Of a DNA stretch of 64,000 nucleotides, positions 46,340 to 56,882 are shown one piece after another; position 1 is the stretch's first letter; the number at the start of each line of letters is the position of its first letter. The translations under genes were made by a program, and so were the position numbers. The notes under the pieces are model-generated. The model saw only the letters and a list, made by a program, of their open reading frames with translations. It searched no databases and had not been told where the DNA came from. Source of the stretch: an uncultured Spirochaetota bacterium (lineage in GTDB: Bacteria; Spirochaetota; Spirochaetia; SZUA-6; Fen-1364). The stretch is from positions 64,001 to 128,000 of the forward strand of contig CAWJSK010000003.1 of the NCBI GenBank assembly GCA_963845535.1, in the 5' to 3' direction.

Positions 46340-49040
46340 ATGGCAACGGAATTGCTGAAGACGATTACAGACCTCTTGAACGAGGAGAAGTGGACCCGGG
46401 CCGCACTGAACAGCTACTCGATCACGAACTTCAAGGACCTTGATACGCTCATCGAGCAGGCGCGCGCCGAAGGAATTGCTGAGGAAATCAGGGAGCTTGC
46501 CGGCGAGCATCTGAAACATACGAGCAACTCGATCATTGCCCTGTACCTCTCAGGAGTGCTCGCCCTGTCACGGGAGCTGGTGGACGACACCAACCTGATC
46601 ATGTTGATCAGCATCTTCATGGACAACCACAAATGGAACGTCGTGGAGTTCCTCGCGGAGAGGATCCTCGAGTACGGGGAAAACAAGTACGCGCTGCGCA
46701 CCCTCGGGGAGTGCTGTGAGAACCGCAGTGACGAGCCCAAAAAGACTCGAGATCTGGGACCGCCTTATCCGCGTGGACTACGAGGAAGCGGATATCGTCA
46801 AAATCCTCGGAGAGAAGCGGGAGGAGGCCGAAGATCTCCCCGCCGCCGTGGATTACTACAAGAAAGCCATCCACCGCTTCATCAACAAGAAGCAGTTTGC
46901 AAGCGTCAAGGAGCTGTGGGACAAGCTCATCCACCTGAGCCCCGAAGACATCGACTTCTTCTTCCACATCGAGGGGCGTATTGCGCGTGGAATCAGCGGA
47001 GAGCGCGCGGCCGCGCTCCTGACCACGCTGATCCCCCATTACAAGGAGAAGGAAGACTGGGACACGTCCATCGAGATATTGAAAAAGATCCTCGCGTACG
47101 ACTCGAAAAACGGGGCCGCCCGCAAGGACATCATCGAGTGCTACCGCCAGAAGTACGCCAAGCACAGCCAGCTCGAAGAGTACATCAAGATCTCCAACCT
47201 GACGCAGAACTGGCGCAACGTGCATGAGGCCCTCGCGGATTTCGAGAAGCACATTGCCTTCGACACGGGCAACTATGTCTTTCACCGCACATGGGGGATC
47301 GGCCGCATCTCGGCAAGCAAGGATGACACGTTCACCATAGACTTCTCCAACAAGTCCTCGCACAAGATGTCCCTCAAGATGGCGGTGAGCGCGCTGGAAG
47401 TCCTTTCCCCGGAGCACATCTGGGTGCTGAAAAGGACGATTGCCAAGGAGGAGCTGGCAAAGAAAGTCAAGGCGGAGCCTGCATGGGCGCTGCGGACCAT
47501 CATCAGGAGCTTCGGCAACCAGGCTGACATGAAGAGGATCAAGGCTGAGCTGGTCTCGGACATCCTGAGCGCCGGGGAGTGGTCCCGCTGGAGCACGGAG
47601 GCGCGCTCCATTCTCAAGAAAGACTCCGCGTTTGGGAACCTGCCGGACAAGGTGGACCAGTTCGTCGTGCGGGACAAACCGATCTCCTTCGAGGAGAAAA
47701 TCTACAACAAGTTCAAGGCGGAAAAGGGCTTCTTCGAAAGGGTGAAGACGATAGAGGACTACATCCAGGGGGGACGGGCGGAGCCCGACTCGGACTGGTT
47801 CACGGAGATGCTCTCCTTCTTCACCTCGCTTCTCAAAGGCTACACCGCCGTCTCCGAGACGGTGCTGGGAAGCTGGCTGCTCGTGCAGAAGATCGTCGCC
47901 TTCTATCCGTTCATCTCCACCGGGGTGCAGATCAGCTTCGAGGAGCTGTTCGGCAAGATGGAGAACCTCGAGGACACTTTCTCCAAGCTGGATGATCCCG
48001 ACCTCAAGAAAGACTTCCTCGTGGCGGTGAAAAAGAACGTCGCGGAATGGTCCACGGTTTTCGCGCGCCTGTTCGTGATCTTCCCCTCGAAGTTCATCGT
48101 GGACGAGCTGGTTGCCAACGCGCAGTGGGACGTGCTGGCGACAATGCTGTCCGGCATCGTCTCGCGCTACCGTGAGCAGCGGGACGCGTTCGTCTGGGTG
48201 GCAAAGAACCTCCTGAGGGAGCGATGGCTGGAGGATCGTGTCTCCATCCAGCGGGAGAAAGTCTTCATCGGGATGATCCACCTGCTGGACATCACGTTCC
48301 GGGACATCGCCAACAAGCAGAACGCCGGGCCCAACCGCAAGACCAACCGCCAGATCCAGGAGTTCCTCTTCGAGGAGGCCAGGCTGCTCGACTTCCTCAT
48401 GGCCGCTGACAGGGATTCCATCACGCGCCTGTTCACGCTCGTGGACGACGTCAAGGAGCTGGACCCCTCCCTCAAGATCCAGCTCAAGCACAGGATCAAG
48501 GAGAAGTTTCCGGACTTCCACTTCCTCGGAGAGCCAGGCGTGGAGAAAGTCAGCCTCGGTCTCCTTGTGACCCGGGCAAGCTTCGAGAAGAAGCAGCAGG
48601 ACCTCAAGCGGGTCATCGACGTGGAGATCCCGGAGAACTCCAAGGAGATCGGCGTGGCCCAGAGCAAGGGGGATCTCCGGGAGAACGCTGAGTACAAGGC
48701 AGCCCTGGAAAAGCAGGAGATGCTCAAGGTCACCGCGTCGCGCCTCAAGGAGGAAGTCCAGCAGGCCCAGATATTCAATGAGAACGAGGGCCGCACGGAC
48801 AGCATCTCTTTCGGGACCCGCGCCCTCCTGAAGAACGTGAAGACCGGCCAGGCGGAGGAATACGTCATCCTGGGGCCTTGGGAGTCCAATCCCACCCGGA
48901 ACGTCATCTCGTATCTTTCCCCGCTCGGAGGCGCGCTCTGGGGCCACAAGGTGGGGGAGGAGCTTGCTTTCACGATGAACCAGAACGAGTTCCATTACAT
49001 CGTCGAGAACATCGAGAAGGCGGATCTGAAAAACATATGA
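46340..49040 (+). CDS. greA: Spirochaete-type long transcription elongation factor GreA; frameshift at about 46740
   Basis: C-terminal GreA domain (IGVAQSKGDLRENAEYKAA, ISYLSPLG) with a long helical N-terminus starting NEEKWTR. Two overlapping ORFs join if one A is removed from CCCAAAAAGACTC. Confidence 0.9.
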
Positions 49041-50828
49041 GGAAAAATACACTGAGCGGCGCCTCGCGCGCCCTGCTCCTTGGCGTGATCTTGGCCGCGT
49101 TCCTCCTGGCGGCCAAGCCGGCGCCGGCGGAGAACATCGACCTGATCGTCATGGTGGATACCTCTGCCAGCATGTTCCCCTACTTCGACGACCTGATGAA
49201 TTACCTCATCCATGACCTGCTGGCCACGCGCCTGCACCGGGGGGACACGTTCCACCTGCTGAGCTTCGACGCCACTCCCGAGGTGGAGATTGCCCTGGAG
49301 ATGAACAGCGCGGAGGCCGCGGACCGCGCCTACGGGAGAATCCTCCTCCTGCATCCGCTGGGGAGGTACACCGACCTCGTGGCGGCCCTGCAGTTCCTCT
49401 ACACGTATGCACAGGAGCTTCCTGAGACGAACCCGAAGCAGATCATCCTCATAACAGACGGCGTGAATGATCCGCCTCCGGGAAGCCCGTTCTACAAGCT
49501 CGGCCCCGACGGAGTCCACAAGGCCGTGGTTGACGTGGCAGGGGCCATAAAGAAAGAGGGCTGGAAGTTCGACATCCTGAAGGTGCCCCCTGAGCCGGCT
49601 CCCGGCGAGGAGGGGATGAAGAGCTACCTCCCCGATCTGGCGCAATCTCTCGGCGTGCCAGTCGTGCCTTACAACAAGAACGAAAAGCAGGCCGTGACCG
49701 GGATGACCACCGGCTTCCCGACGCTGATCTTCCCCGCCGCCCTCGGCAACGTGGGCAACCGGTTCGTGGCTCCGTTCCGGGTGAAGAACTGGAAATCCGA
49801 GCCCATCATTGTGCGGCTGTCCAGCGTGCTGAGCGACGGGACGGAGCTGCTGGACGGCAAAGTCTCCATCACCGTTGCTCCCAACGCAGAGGCCGCGCTG
49901 GACGTCCCCATCCGCCTTCCCTTGTCCTATCCGCAGGGGGACCACGCGGCGAATGTACAGCTCATCTTCAATGACGACCTGAGGATTTCCCCGACCACGG
50001 GAACGCTGTCATTCACATACACGGGCAAGGGAGGTCTCCCCCTCCCCCGCCTTACCATCCTGTACGGCGTATACATCCTCCTTGCGCTCCTGCTCCTGTA
50101 CGCGCTGATCCGTTTTTTCATCTTCCTGAGAAAGAAGATGCAGGAAGTTCCCGTGACGGGCTTCGCGAAGTCCCGGGTTCCGCCCGCTACAGCGCGGCGC
50201 AAGCCCCGTGAAGAGACGGCGGCAGGCCGGGGAGACAGCCGCCGCGTCAGCGGCCGCGCAGCTCGACATGCATCCCGCTGAGCGCCCAGGAGCCGGGAAG
50301 AGGATCCCGCTCCTGTCCACGGGCGGGTCAGCCGGGCGCCTCACCGGCGCGCCGCTGGAGCGCGAGGTCGAGCCGCCGGCTTTCAGCCGCAAACGCGTGC
50401 GGCCCACCGTGACGAGCCTGAGGAGAGCGCTCCCCCGGTCGGATCTGCAGGAGGGCACGCTTGCGCCTCTCATCGAGATGCGCGTGAGCTTGCAGAATCC
50501 GCACATCGGCTTCCGGAACGTCCACAGGATCCCGGAAGGCGGCGGACGGAGCATCGGGGGAGGCTTCTCGTCGTACCTCGTGTTCCTGGTGCGCGTCCCC
50601 TCCTCCATCGCGGAGATCAGGAACCAGGGGGGGAAGTACGTGTTCACACCCCTTCGACCCGAAGCATTCCCCGGTGTCGTCGGCCCGATCGAGGACTGCC
50701 TGGGCGTGGAGATTCCGTTCGTCGGTCCGCATGGGCGGCAGATGAGCCTTCATTTCCGTCAGTGGATTTCGCCCCTGGAGGAAATCAACAGGATCATGCG
50801 ATCGGTGAGGCACGAGGGGAAAGCCTAG
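49037..50828 (+). CDS. vWA-domain membrane protein; frameshift at about 50230
   Basis: Signal peptide, MIDAS DTSAS, ITDG and a TM. The C-terminal domain (LIEMRVSLQNPHIGFRNVH...) is in the +1 frame. ATG 49037 overlaps the greA stop. Confidence 0.75.
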
Positions 50829-50900
50829 GCCGCGTCGCGCGAAGCGCGATATCGCGGCAGGAAAGCCTATGCCGCATCGCACGAAGCGCGATATCGCGGC
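50819..50900. repeat. 42-bp tandem duplication (2 copies) containing palindromes
   Basis: GAAAGCCTA(G/T)GCCGC(G/A)TCGC(G/A)CGAAGCGCGATATCGCGGC at 50819 and 50861. Confidence 0.9.
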
Positions 50901-50904
50901 GTTC

Positions 50905-52299
50905 TTACAGCTTCGAAAGCGCCTTCTCGGCTTCTCTCTGCACCAGGAGGGACGGGTCCTTCGTGGACATGTCCTTCAGCCTGTCCTTCAGGTCGGAGAA
51001 GCCGTTGGCGCCAATACCGCGGACGGCGTAGGCGCGGATCACCTGGTCCGGGCTTGCCAGCATAGTGGTGAACACGTCCTTCAGGTCCGCACCGTGCGCA
51101 TCCGAAAGCACGCGCGCTGTGGCTTCGATCGGCCTCTGATCGACGTTCTTTCCCTCCGCCGCCATAACGGCCTTGGCCGCTTCCGCCGCCCGGGAGACGG
51201 ACCGAGCCACGAGCGCCTTGAGCGCATTCTCACGCGTCTCGGGCGGGAATCCCGCTCCCTGGTACAGCGCCGCCAGGTTGTCTTCTCCCTGCGAGCTGCC
51301 CATCCCGCCAATGGCCTTGATTGCCGCCACACGCACCTGGCTCACCGGATCATAATGGGCCTTGTAATCCAATATGGGCAGCGCGGTGTCAGCCTGGCTT
51401 GCGGAGAGAGTTCCGGTCAGCGCCTTTGCGCACTGCTCGCGGACCTTCCAGTCGTCGTCCTTCAGGCCCTGGATGAGCATGGGAAAGACGTCCCCAATAC
51501 CGAAATGCGCCAGCGCGGACGCCGCGTACGCCCTGACAAGCGCGTCATTCTCTGAAAACATCGCTTTGAGCAGGGGCATGGCCCGCGCGTCCCCGATCTT
51601 TCCCAGCGCGTCAGCCGCGTACACTCTCTGGATTTTGTCCTCATCGGGATTTTTCGCGATTGCAATCAGGTCGTCCACAGCCTTCAGGTCCTTGAGGTCT
51701 CCCAGCGCCAGGATCACGTCCGGCCTGAGGGCGTCCGGAAAGTCCGGGCTTTTCAGCTTCCCCTCCAGCGCCGCCGCGCAGGCGGCTTCACCGGACGTGC
51801 CGCACGTCTGAATGGCCTCGATGGCAACCGCGGTATCTTTGGAATCGATCAAGGGGACCAGCAGAGAGGAAAGTCCGGCCGCGTGGATGACGGACAGGTA
51901 GCGGATTGAAGCCACAACGAGGTCCCCCGTGGGATTCTCCGTATCTGCCAGAACCTGGCGGGCAGCGGCCTCCCCTTCCTTCACGCCCTGGTCACCGAAG
52001 AGCTGGAGGATCGCTTTTTTCACTTCCTTTGAGCGAGTGTCCGTCAGGACGGATGCCAGCTCCTTGGTAAACCGATCATCCCGGGTGGCGGCAATCCTCT
52101 GGACAACTTCCAGCACCTGGCTGTCAATGCCGTACAACAGGGTCTGCCGGGTCCGCTCCAAGGCCTTGGACTGGTCGTCAGCGGCGAACGCTCCGGACAA
52201 GCTTGTGCAGAAAGAGAGAGCTGAGAGAAACGCAACCGCAAGCAGGGTCGGCCGAAAACTCGCTCCACGCCGGGATCTCACTCTTGGCCGAAAACTCAC
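50905..52299 (-). CDS. Secreted HEAT-repeat protein
   Basis: PBS/HEAT repeats (RVYAADALGKIGD, VRAYAASALA, VRVAAIKAIG) and a signal peptide. Confidence 0.88.
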   Translation of the reverse strand: MSFRPRVRSRRGASFRPTLLAVAFLSALSFCTSLSGAFAADDQSKALERTRQTLLYGIDSQVLEVVQRIAATRDDRFTKELASVLTDTRSKEVKKAILQLFGDQGVKEGEAAARQVLADTENPTGDLVVASIRYLSVIHAAGLSSLLVPLIDSKDTAVAIEAIQTCGTSGEAACAAALEGKLKSPDFPDALRPDVILALGDLKDLKAVDDLIAIAKNPDEDKIQRVYAADALGKIGDARAMPLLKAMFSENDALVRAYAASALAHFGIGDVFPMLIQGLKDDDWKVREQCAKALTGTLSASQADTALPILDYKAHYDPVSQVRVAAIKAIGGMGSSQGEDNLAALYQGAGFPPETRENALKALVARSVSRAAEAAKAVMAAEGKNVDQRPIEATARVLSDAHGADLKDVFTTMLASPDQVIRAYAVRGIGANGFSDLKDRLKDMSTKDPSLLVQREAEKALSKL

Positions 52300-53921
52300 T
52301 CTTTTTTCCTCCTGGCAATAACATCGGCGAGGAATGGGACGCGGAGGACGAGATAGACCGCAAGGGTCAGGAGGACTGAGACGAAGGCCGCGGCGGCAAT
52401 CAACGCCGCTCCCCGCAGGCTGCCTCCTCTCATCCAGAGGTCAGGCTTCCAGGCCAGGAAAAGGACGATGAACGCGGCCAGGGGCAGGGAACCCGCGAGC
52501 GACTTGCCGACGGATGCGATGATGGACCGCAGTCCCAGCCTTCCGAGCCGGCGACGCGCAAGGACGGCGAGCATCACGGTCCCCGCCGCGAATGCCGCCG
52601 AGTTGGCATATGCAAGGCCGCTCACGCGCAGCGGCGTCTCCTTCAGGATCAGGGAGAGAACGATGTCGATCACCGCCACGAACGCCGCGCTTGCAAGCGG
52701 GACCGTGAAGCTCTTCAGGGAGTAGAAGAGCCTCTGCAGGAACTGGTACACGCCCATGAAAAGAAGCCCTACGGCGTAGCCGGTGAGCGCGCGGGACGCC
52801 ATGAGGGTGGCGGCCTCCGTGAAATGCCCCCGCTGGAGAGCAGCGGCTATGATCTCCCGTCCGAAGAGGCACAGGAGGATGGACGAAGGGATCAGGAGCA
52901 CGATGAGGGACTCGATGCCGTACGACACCGACCCCCGCAGCCCTTCGGTGTCTCCGCGTGTAGCCTGGCGGCTCATGCGCGGGAAAAGCACGGTATTGAT
53001 GGACGCGGTGAAGATCCCGATGGGGATCTGGAGGAACATCACCGAGTTGACGATGGCGGAGACGCTCCCGTCCTCCAGCCCGCTTGCAAAAAGCTGCGCA
53101 AAGAACTGCGTCACCGTGGGAATGGAAGCCGAGGCCAGGTACGGCAGCCAGAGCCGGACGGTCCGGGTGAAATCCGGGTTGGCAAGGCGGAAATCCGGCC
53201 GCACCGAATATCCGCGCTTGCGCAGCGACGGCACCTGGACGGCAAGCTGGAGAATCCCGCCAATGAGGACCCCTATCCCCATGGAAAGGATGCCGAACCT
53301 GCCATTGAGGAAGACAATGGAAAGGACCGTTGCCAGCGTGAAAAGGAGCGGGCTGAGGGCGGGAACCGCGAACACGCCGTGCGAGTTCAGCACCGCCATC
53401 ACCAGCGCGCTGAGGCTGACAAGGAGGATGTAGTTGAACATCCACTGCATCCCCTGCGCTCCTACGGCGACCTTCGCCGGATCGGAGAAGCGAAGGAGCG
53501 TTTCCACGAAGATCCGGGGGAATGCAATGCTCAAGCCCACGAGCGGGAGGAGGACCATGATGAGGAACGCCGCGAGGTTGCTCGCGAGCTTGCGCGGCCG
53601 GGCCCCCGAGGGGTCTTCCTCTATCGTGGAGGAAAGCACGGGGATGAACGCGGAGGAGAACGCGCCCTCGGCAAAGAGCTTGCGGAGGTTGTTCGGGATG
53701 TTGAAGACGGCGTTCAGGGAGTCGGCGGCTCCGGACGCCCCGAAGTAGTAGCTGAAGAGCGCCTGGCGCACGTAGCCGAAGAGCCTGGATCCAGCCGTGC
53801 ACGCCATGACAATGACGGCAGACGCGGAGCTGCGGCTGTTCGATCTGGGGGGGGGCCCTGGCGCCGCGGCGTCTCCTGCGGGCGCTGCTCCCCCTGGCGC
53901 CGCGGCGGTTTCGTTCATCAT
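52296..53921 (-). CDS. murJ: Lipid II flippase MurJ
   Basis: SRLFGYVR, IPNNLRKLFAEGAFSSAFIP and multiple TMs. Confidence 0.95.
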   Translation of the reverse strand: MMNETAAAPGGAAPAGDAAAPGPPPRSNSRSSASAVIVMACTAGSRLFGYVRQALFSYYFGASGAADSLNAVFNIPNNLRKLFAEGAFSSAFIPVLSSTIEEDPSGARPRKLASNLAAFLIMVLLPLVGLSIAFPRIFVETLLRFSDPAKVAVGAQGMQWMFNYILLVSLSALVMAVLNSHGVFAVPALSPLLFTLATVLSIVFLNGRFGILSMGIGVLIGGILQLAVQVPSLRKRGYSVRPDFRLANPDFTRTVRLWLPYLASASIPTVTQFFAQLFASGLEDGSVSAIVNSVMFLQIPIGIFTASINTVLFPRMSRQATRGDTEGLRGSVSYGIESLIVLLIPSSILLCLFGREIIAAALQRGHFTEAATLMASRALTGYAVGLLFMGVYQFLQRLFYSLKSFTVPLASAAFVAVIDIVLSLILKETPLRVSGLAYANSAAFAAGTVMLAVLARRRLGRLGLRSIIASVGKSLAGSLPLAAFIVLFLAWKPDLWMRGGSLRGAALIAAAAFVSVLLTLAVYLVLRVPFLADVIARRKKE

Positions 53922-53923
53922 TT

Positions 53924-54703
53924 CTATTCCTCGACCGTGAACGTCATCCGCTCAAGCTCCCGGCCCTTCCAGAGCCGGTTCACCCTGACCTCCCAGGCGC
54001 CCACGTCAGGAACGAGCGGGATCACGGCGGGCCCGAAAGCGCTCGGGGTTATCCGCGTCGTCAGCACCTGCTTTCCGTCTTTCTGGATAGTGAGGTCCAT
54101 TGGCCCGCCGCCCGTCATCCTGTTGAAGACCTCGATCGTCATTTTCTCATGGGAGGGAAACGGGCTTGCCGTGACGACCTCCGCCGCCGCGTCCGTCAGA
54201 ATGACATCGAGGACCGGCGGCCTCCAGGGAATCACCCGGCGCGCTCCCAGGTAGCGATCATGGTAATACGGGCTTGCAAGCTGGGAGATAATGACTCCGG
54301 TGTGGCGGCCCTCGGACGCGGCGTGGATGAACCGGCCGCCGCCGGCGTAGATGCCCACGTGGCACGGGACGGAGGGCGCCACCTTGCTCTCCGTGTCGAA
54401 GAACACGAGGTCCCCGATGTGCATGGGGTACGTGACCGGGGTCCCTGAATGGAACAGTCCGCCGACGCCTCGGGAGACCTCCATTCCCGCCGTGTCCCGG
54501 AGCACGCGGTAGACGAGGCCTGAGCAGTCGACCCCGGTCCTGGAAATCCCGCCCGGCACATACGGCACACCAAGGAGCTTCAAGGCAGCCTGGATTGCCT
54601 CGCGCGGGATCGAGACGTCACAGGCGGGTTTCTGCGTCTGCGCGTCGACTGCCAGCACGGGAAATGCCAGGACCACCAGGAGGACAACGGCGCGCCGCAT
54701 CAC
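53924..54703 (-). CDS. NlpC/P60 (C40) peptidoglycan peptidase
   Basis: LGVPYVPGG, DCSG, GDLVFF, HVGIY and FIHA; signal peptide. Confidence 0.92.
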   Translation of the reverse strand: MMRRAVVLLVVLAFPVLAVDAQTQKPACDVSIPREAIQAALKLLGVPYVPGGISRTGVDCSGLVYRVLRDTAGMEVSRGVGGLFHSGTPVTYPMHIGDLVFFDTESKVAPSVPCHVGIYAGGGRFIHAASEGRHTGVIISQLASPYYHDRYLGARRVIPWRPPVLDVILTDAAAEVVTASPFPSHEKMTIEVFNRMTGGGPMDLTIQKDGKQVLTTRITPSAFGPAVIPLVPDVGAWEVRVNRLWKGRELERMTFTVEE

Positions 54704-55845
54704 AGCGCCCCTTGCGTGAGAGTCTCGCCTGTCTGACCCAACCGCTCAAGGGACTCGGTTTTGAAACGCGAGAAGTCGCCCCGGGAAATCGCCCTTCGTG
54801 TCGACTCGACGAACCGGTGAAGCCACGTGAGGTTGTGGCAGGTTGCGAGCACCGCAGCCTGGATCTCCTTCGCCTTGAACAGGTGTCGAAGGTATGCCCG
54901 GGAATGGTTTCTGCACGTCTCGCATTCGCACGTCTCGTCGATCGGACGAAAGTCGTTCCTGTATTTTTCATTTCTCAGGGAAAGCGGCCCTTCCGAGCTG
55001 AAGACCTGCGCATTGCGGGCGGTGCGCGTGGGGAACACGCAGTCGAACAGGTCGATGCCTGCCTCAACGGCTTCCAGGATGTACCGTGGCGTGCCGATCC
55101 CCATCAGGTATTTCGGCTTGCCATCAGGGAGAAGCGACGCGGAATGATGGAGAAGATCGGAGAACACGGGGAACTCCTCCCCCACCGAGAGCCCCCCAAT
55201 TGCGTACCCCGGCAGGTCCAGGGCCGTGATTTCCGAGGCGCTGCGTTCACGAAGATCCTTGAAGAAGTTGCCCTGCATGATGCCGAAAAGCTGCCCCGTC
55301 ATGACCGCTGTGCGGCTTTTCCATTCCCCGTTGGTCCGCTCCAGCCATGCGGTTGTCCGCCGCAGGGCGCTCACCGCGTGCTCCCGGTCTATGCCCGGCG
55401 GCGTGCACTCGTCCAGGGGCATCATGACGTCGCTGCCGAGATCAAGCTGGATGTCCAGCACGTCCTCGGGAGTCAGCCGGTGGGATGAGCCGTCCAGATG
55501 GGATTTGAAGAAAACGCCTTCATCCTCCACCTTCCGAAACGACGAAAGGGAAAAGACCTGGTACCCGCCGGAATCCGTGAGGATGTTGTGGCGCCATCCC
55601 ATGAAAGAATGCAGGCCGCCGGCTTCCCGGATGACGTCACGGCCCGGCCGGAGGTAGAGGTGGTACGTGTTGCCGAGGATCAGGTTGACGCCAATGGCTT
55701 CCAGGTCGCTGTTCTTGATGGCCTTGACAGTGGCGTTGGTCCCCACGGGCATGAAGCAAGGGGTTGACACCGTTCCGTGGTTCAGCGCAAGCGAGCCCGT
55801 GCGGGCGCGGCTTCCCGGGTCTCTGTGGAGGACGGAAAAGACCAT
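54700..55845 (-). CDS. tgt: tRNA-guanine transglycosylase
   Basis: FMPVGT, NTYHL, TDSGGYQ, DLFDCV and Zn site CECETC...H. Confidence 0.97.
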   Translation of the reverse strand: MVFSVLHRDPGSRARTGSLALNHGTVSTPCFMPVGTNATVKAIKNSDLEAIGVNLILGNTYHLYLRPGRDVIREAGGLHSFMGWRHNILTDSGGYQVFSLSSFRKVEDEGVFFKSHLDGSSHRLTPEDVLDIQLDLGSDVMMPLDECTPPGIDREHAVSALRRTTAWLERTNGEWKSRTAVMTGQLFGIMQGNFFKDLRERSASEITALDLPGYAIGGLSVGEEFPVFSDLLHHSASLLPDGKPKYLMGIGTPRYILEAVEAGIDLFDCVFPTRTARNAQVFSSEGPLSLRNEKYRNDFRPIDETCECETCRNHSRAYLRHLFKAKEIQAAVLATCHNLTWLHRFVESTRRAISRGDFSRFKTESLERLGQTGETLTQGAL

Positions 55846-55851
55846 TGACCT

Positions 55852-56866
55852 TCACCTTTCCAGCCGCTCGAGCGCCTGGGCCGCTGCTCCCCGGATGCCG
55901 GCGTCATTGCCGAGCTCCGCGGGCAATACCTGCACGCCCTTGGCAATTTCCGGCCAGCAGTAGTCCGGGAGGCGCTGCCGCACCGGATCCAGGAGTATGT
56001 CCCCTGCCTCCGCAACACCGCCCCCGACGAGGCAGGCCTCCAAGTCCAGGACATTCAGTATGGTCCCGAGTGCCTGCGCAATGTAGCGTCCCGCCTCCTC
56101 GATGGTCTCCCGCGCCGGGACCTCTCCGGACCTCGCCCTGTCCGCCACCATTTTCGCGGTCATGGCCGCCGTTGCCGTCGTGGCCATTGTGGCCGTTGCC
56201 GTGGTTGCTGCCGCGCGTTGCTGCCGGCGTCGCGGTTGCTGCTGGTATGTCGCCTCCGCGTTTTCGCATCTTCTCCACGTACGTGCGAACGATGGCGGTC
56301 CCCGAGGCGTACTGCTCGAAGCAGCCCCTGGTTCCACAGTTGCAGAGAAGTCCGTCCGCCACGACGCACACGTGCCCCACTTCCCCCGCGAAACCGCGGG
56401 AGCCCCGGTACACCCTCCCCCCCAGGACGAGGCCGCCGCCGATTGCCGTTCCCAGCGTAATGAGCAGGAAGCTCGCGAACTTCCGCCCCGCTCCGAACAA
56501 AAGCTCCCCGGCCGCGGCCGCGGTTGCGTCATTTTCCGAAAAGGCCGGGACCCCGAGCGCGCGCTCCAGGTAATCCTGGGGCGACCTGTCCCGAAAACAG
56601 GGGATGTTCTCCGCCCCGCCCACGACAATGCCCCCACGCGTGTCGATGAAGCCCGGCATCCCGATTCCCGCGACAACGAGCTTGTCCGTCCGCGGTCTCC
56701 CTGAGACGAGCGCCGAAAGCCGCAGTGAGACGGGACCAAGGACCTCGTCGAAACCAGCGCGGGAGTCGATGCTCACGTTTTCCCGGGCAAGGACCGAGCC
56801 GTCCCGCGCTATCAGTCCGATTTTCGCGGAGCTTCCCCCGAAGTCCACGCCTGCCGCGTACTCCAT
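55852..56866 (-). CDS. ROK family sugar kinase (glucokinase-like); frameshift at about 56215
   Basis: GVDFGGS, ENDA, TLGTAIGGG and AGEVGH..CNCGTRGCFE are in one frame. The C-terminus (VGGGVA, LGNDAGIRGAA) is in the next frame. Confidence 0.85.
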
Positions 56867-56882
56867 TGGTGTGTTTCCTTTC

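Noticed and set aside
46730..46755. Programmed ribosomal frameshift in greA
   Set aside because: No canonical slippery heptamer or stimulatory element, and three other unrelated genes show the same +1 defect.
50819..50900. Possible mini CRISPR array
   Set aside because: Only two adjacent copies with no unique spacer, and no cas genes in the window.
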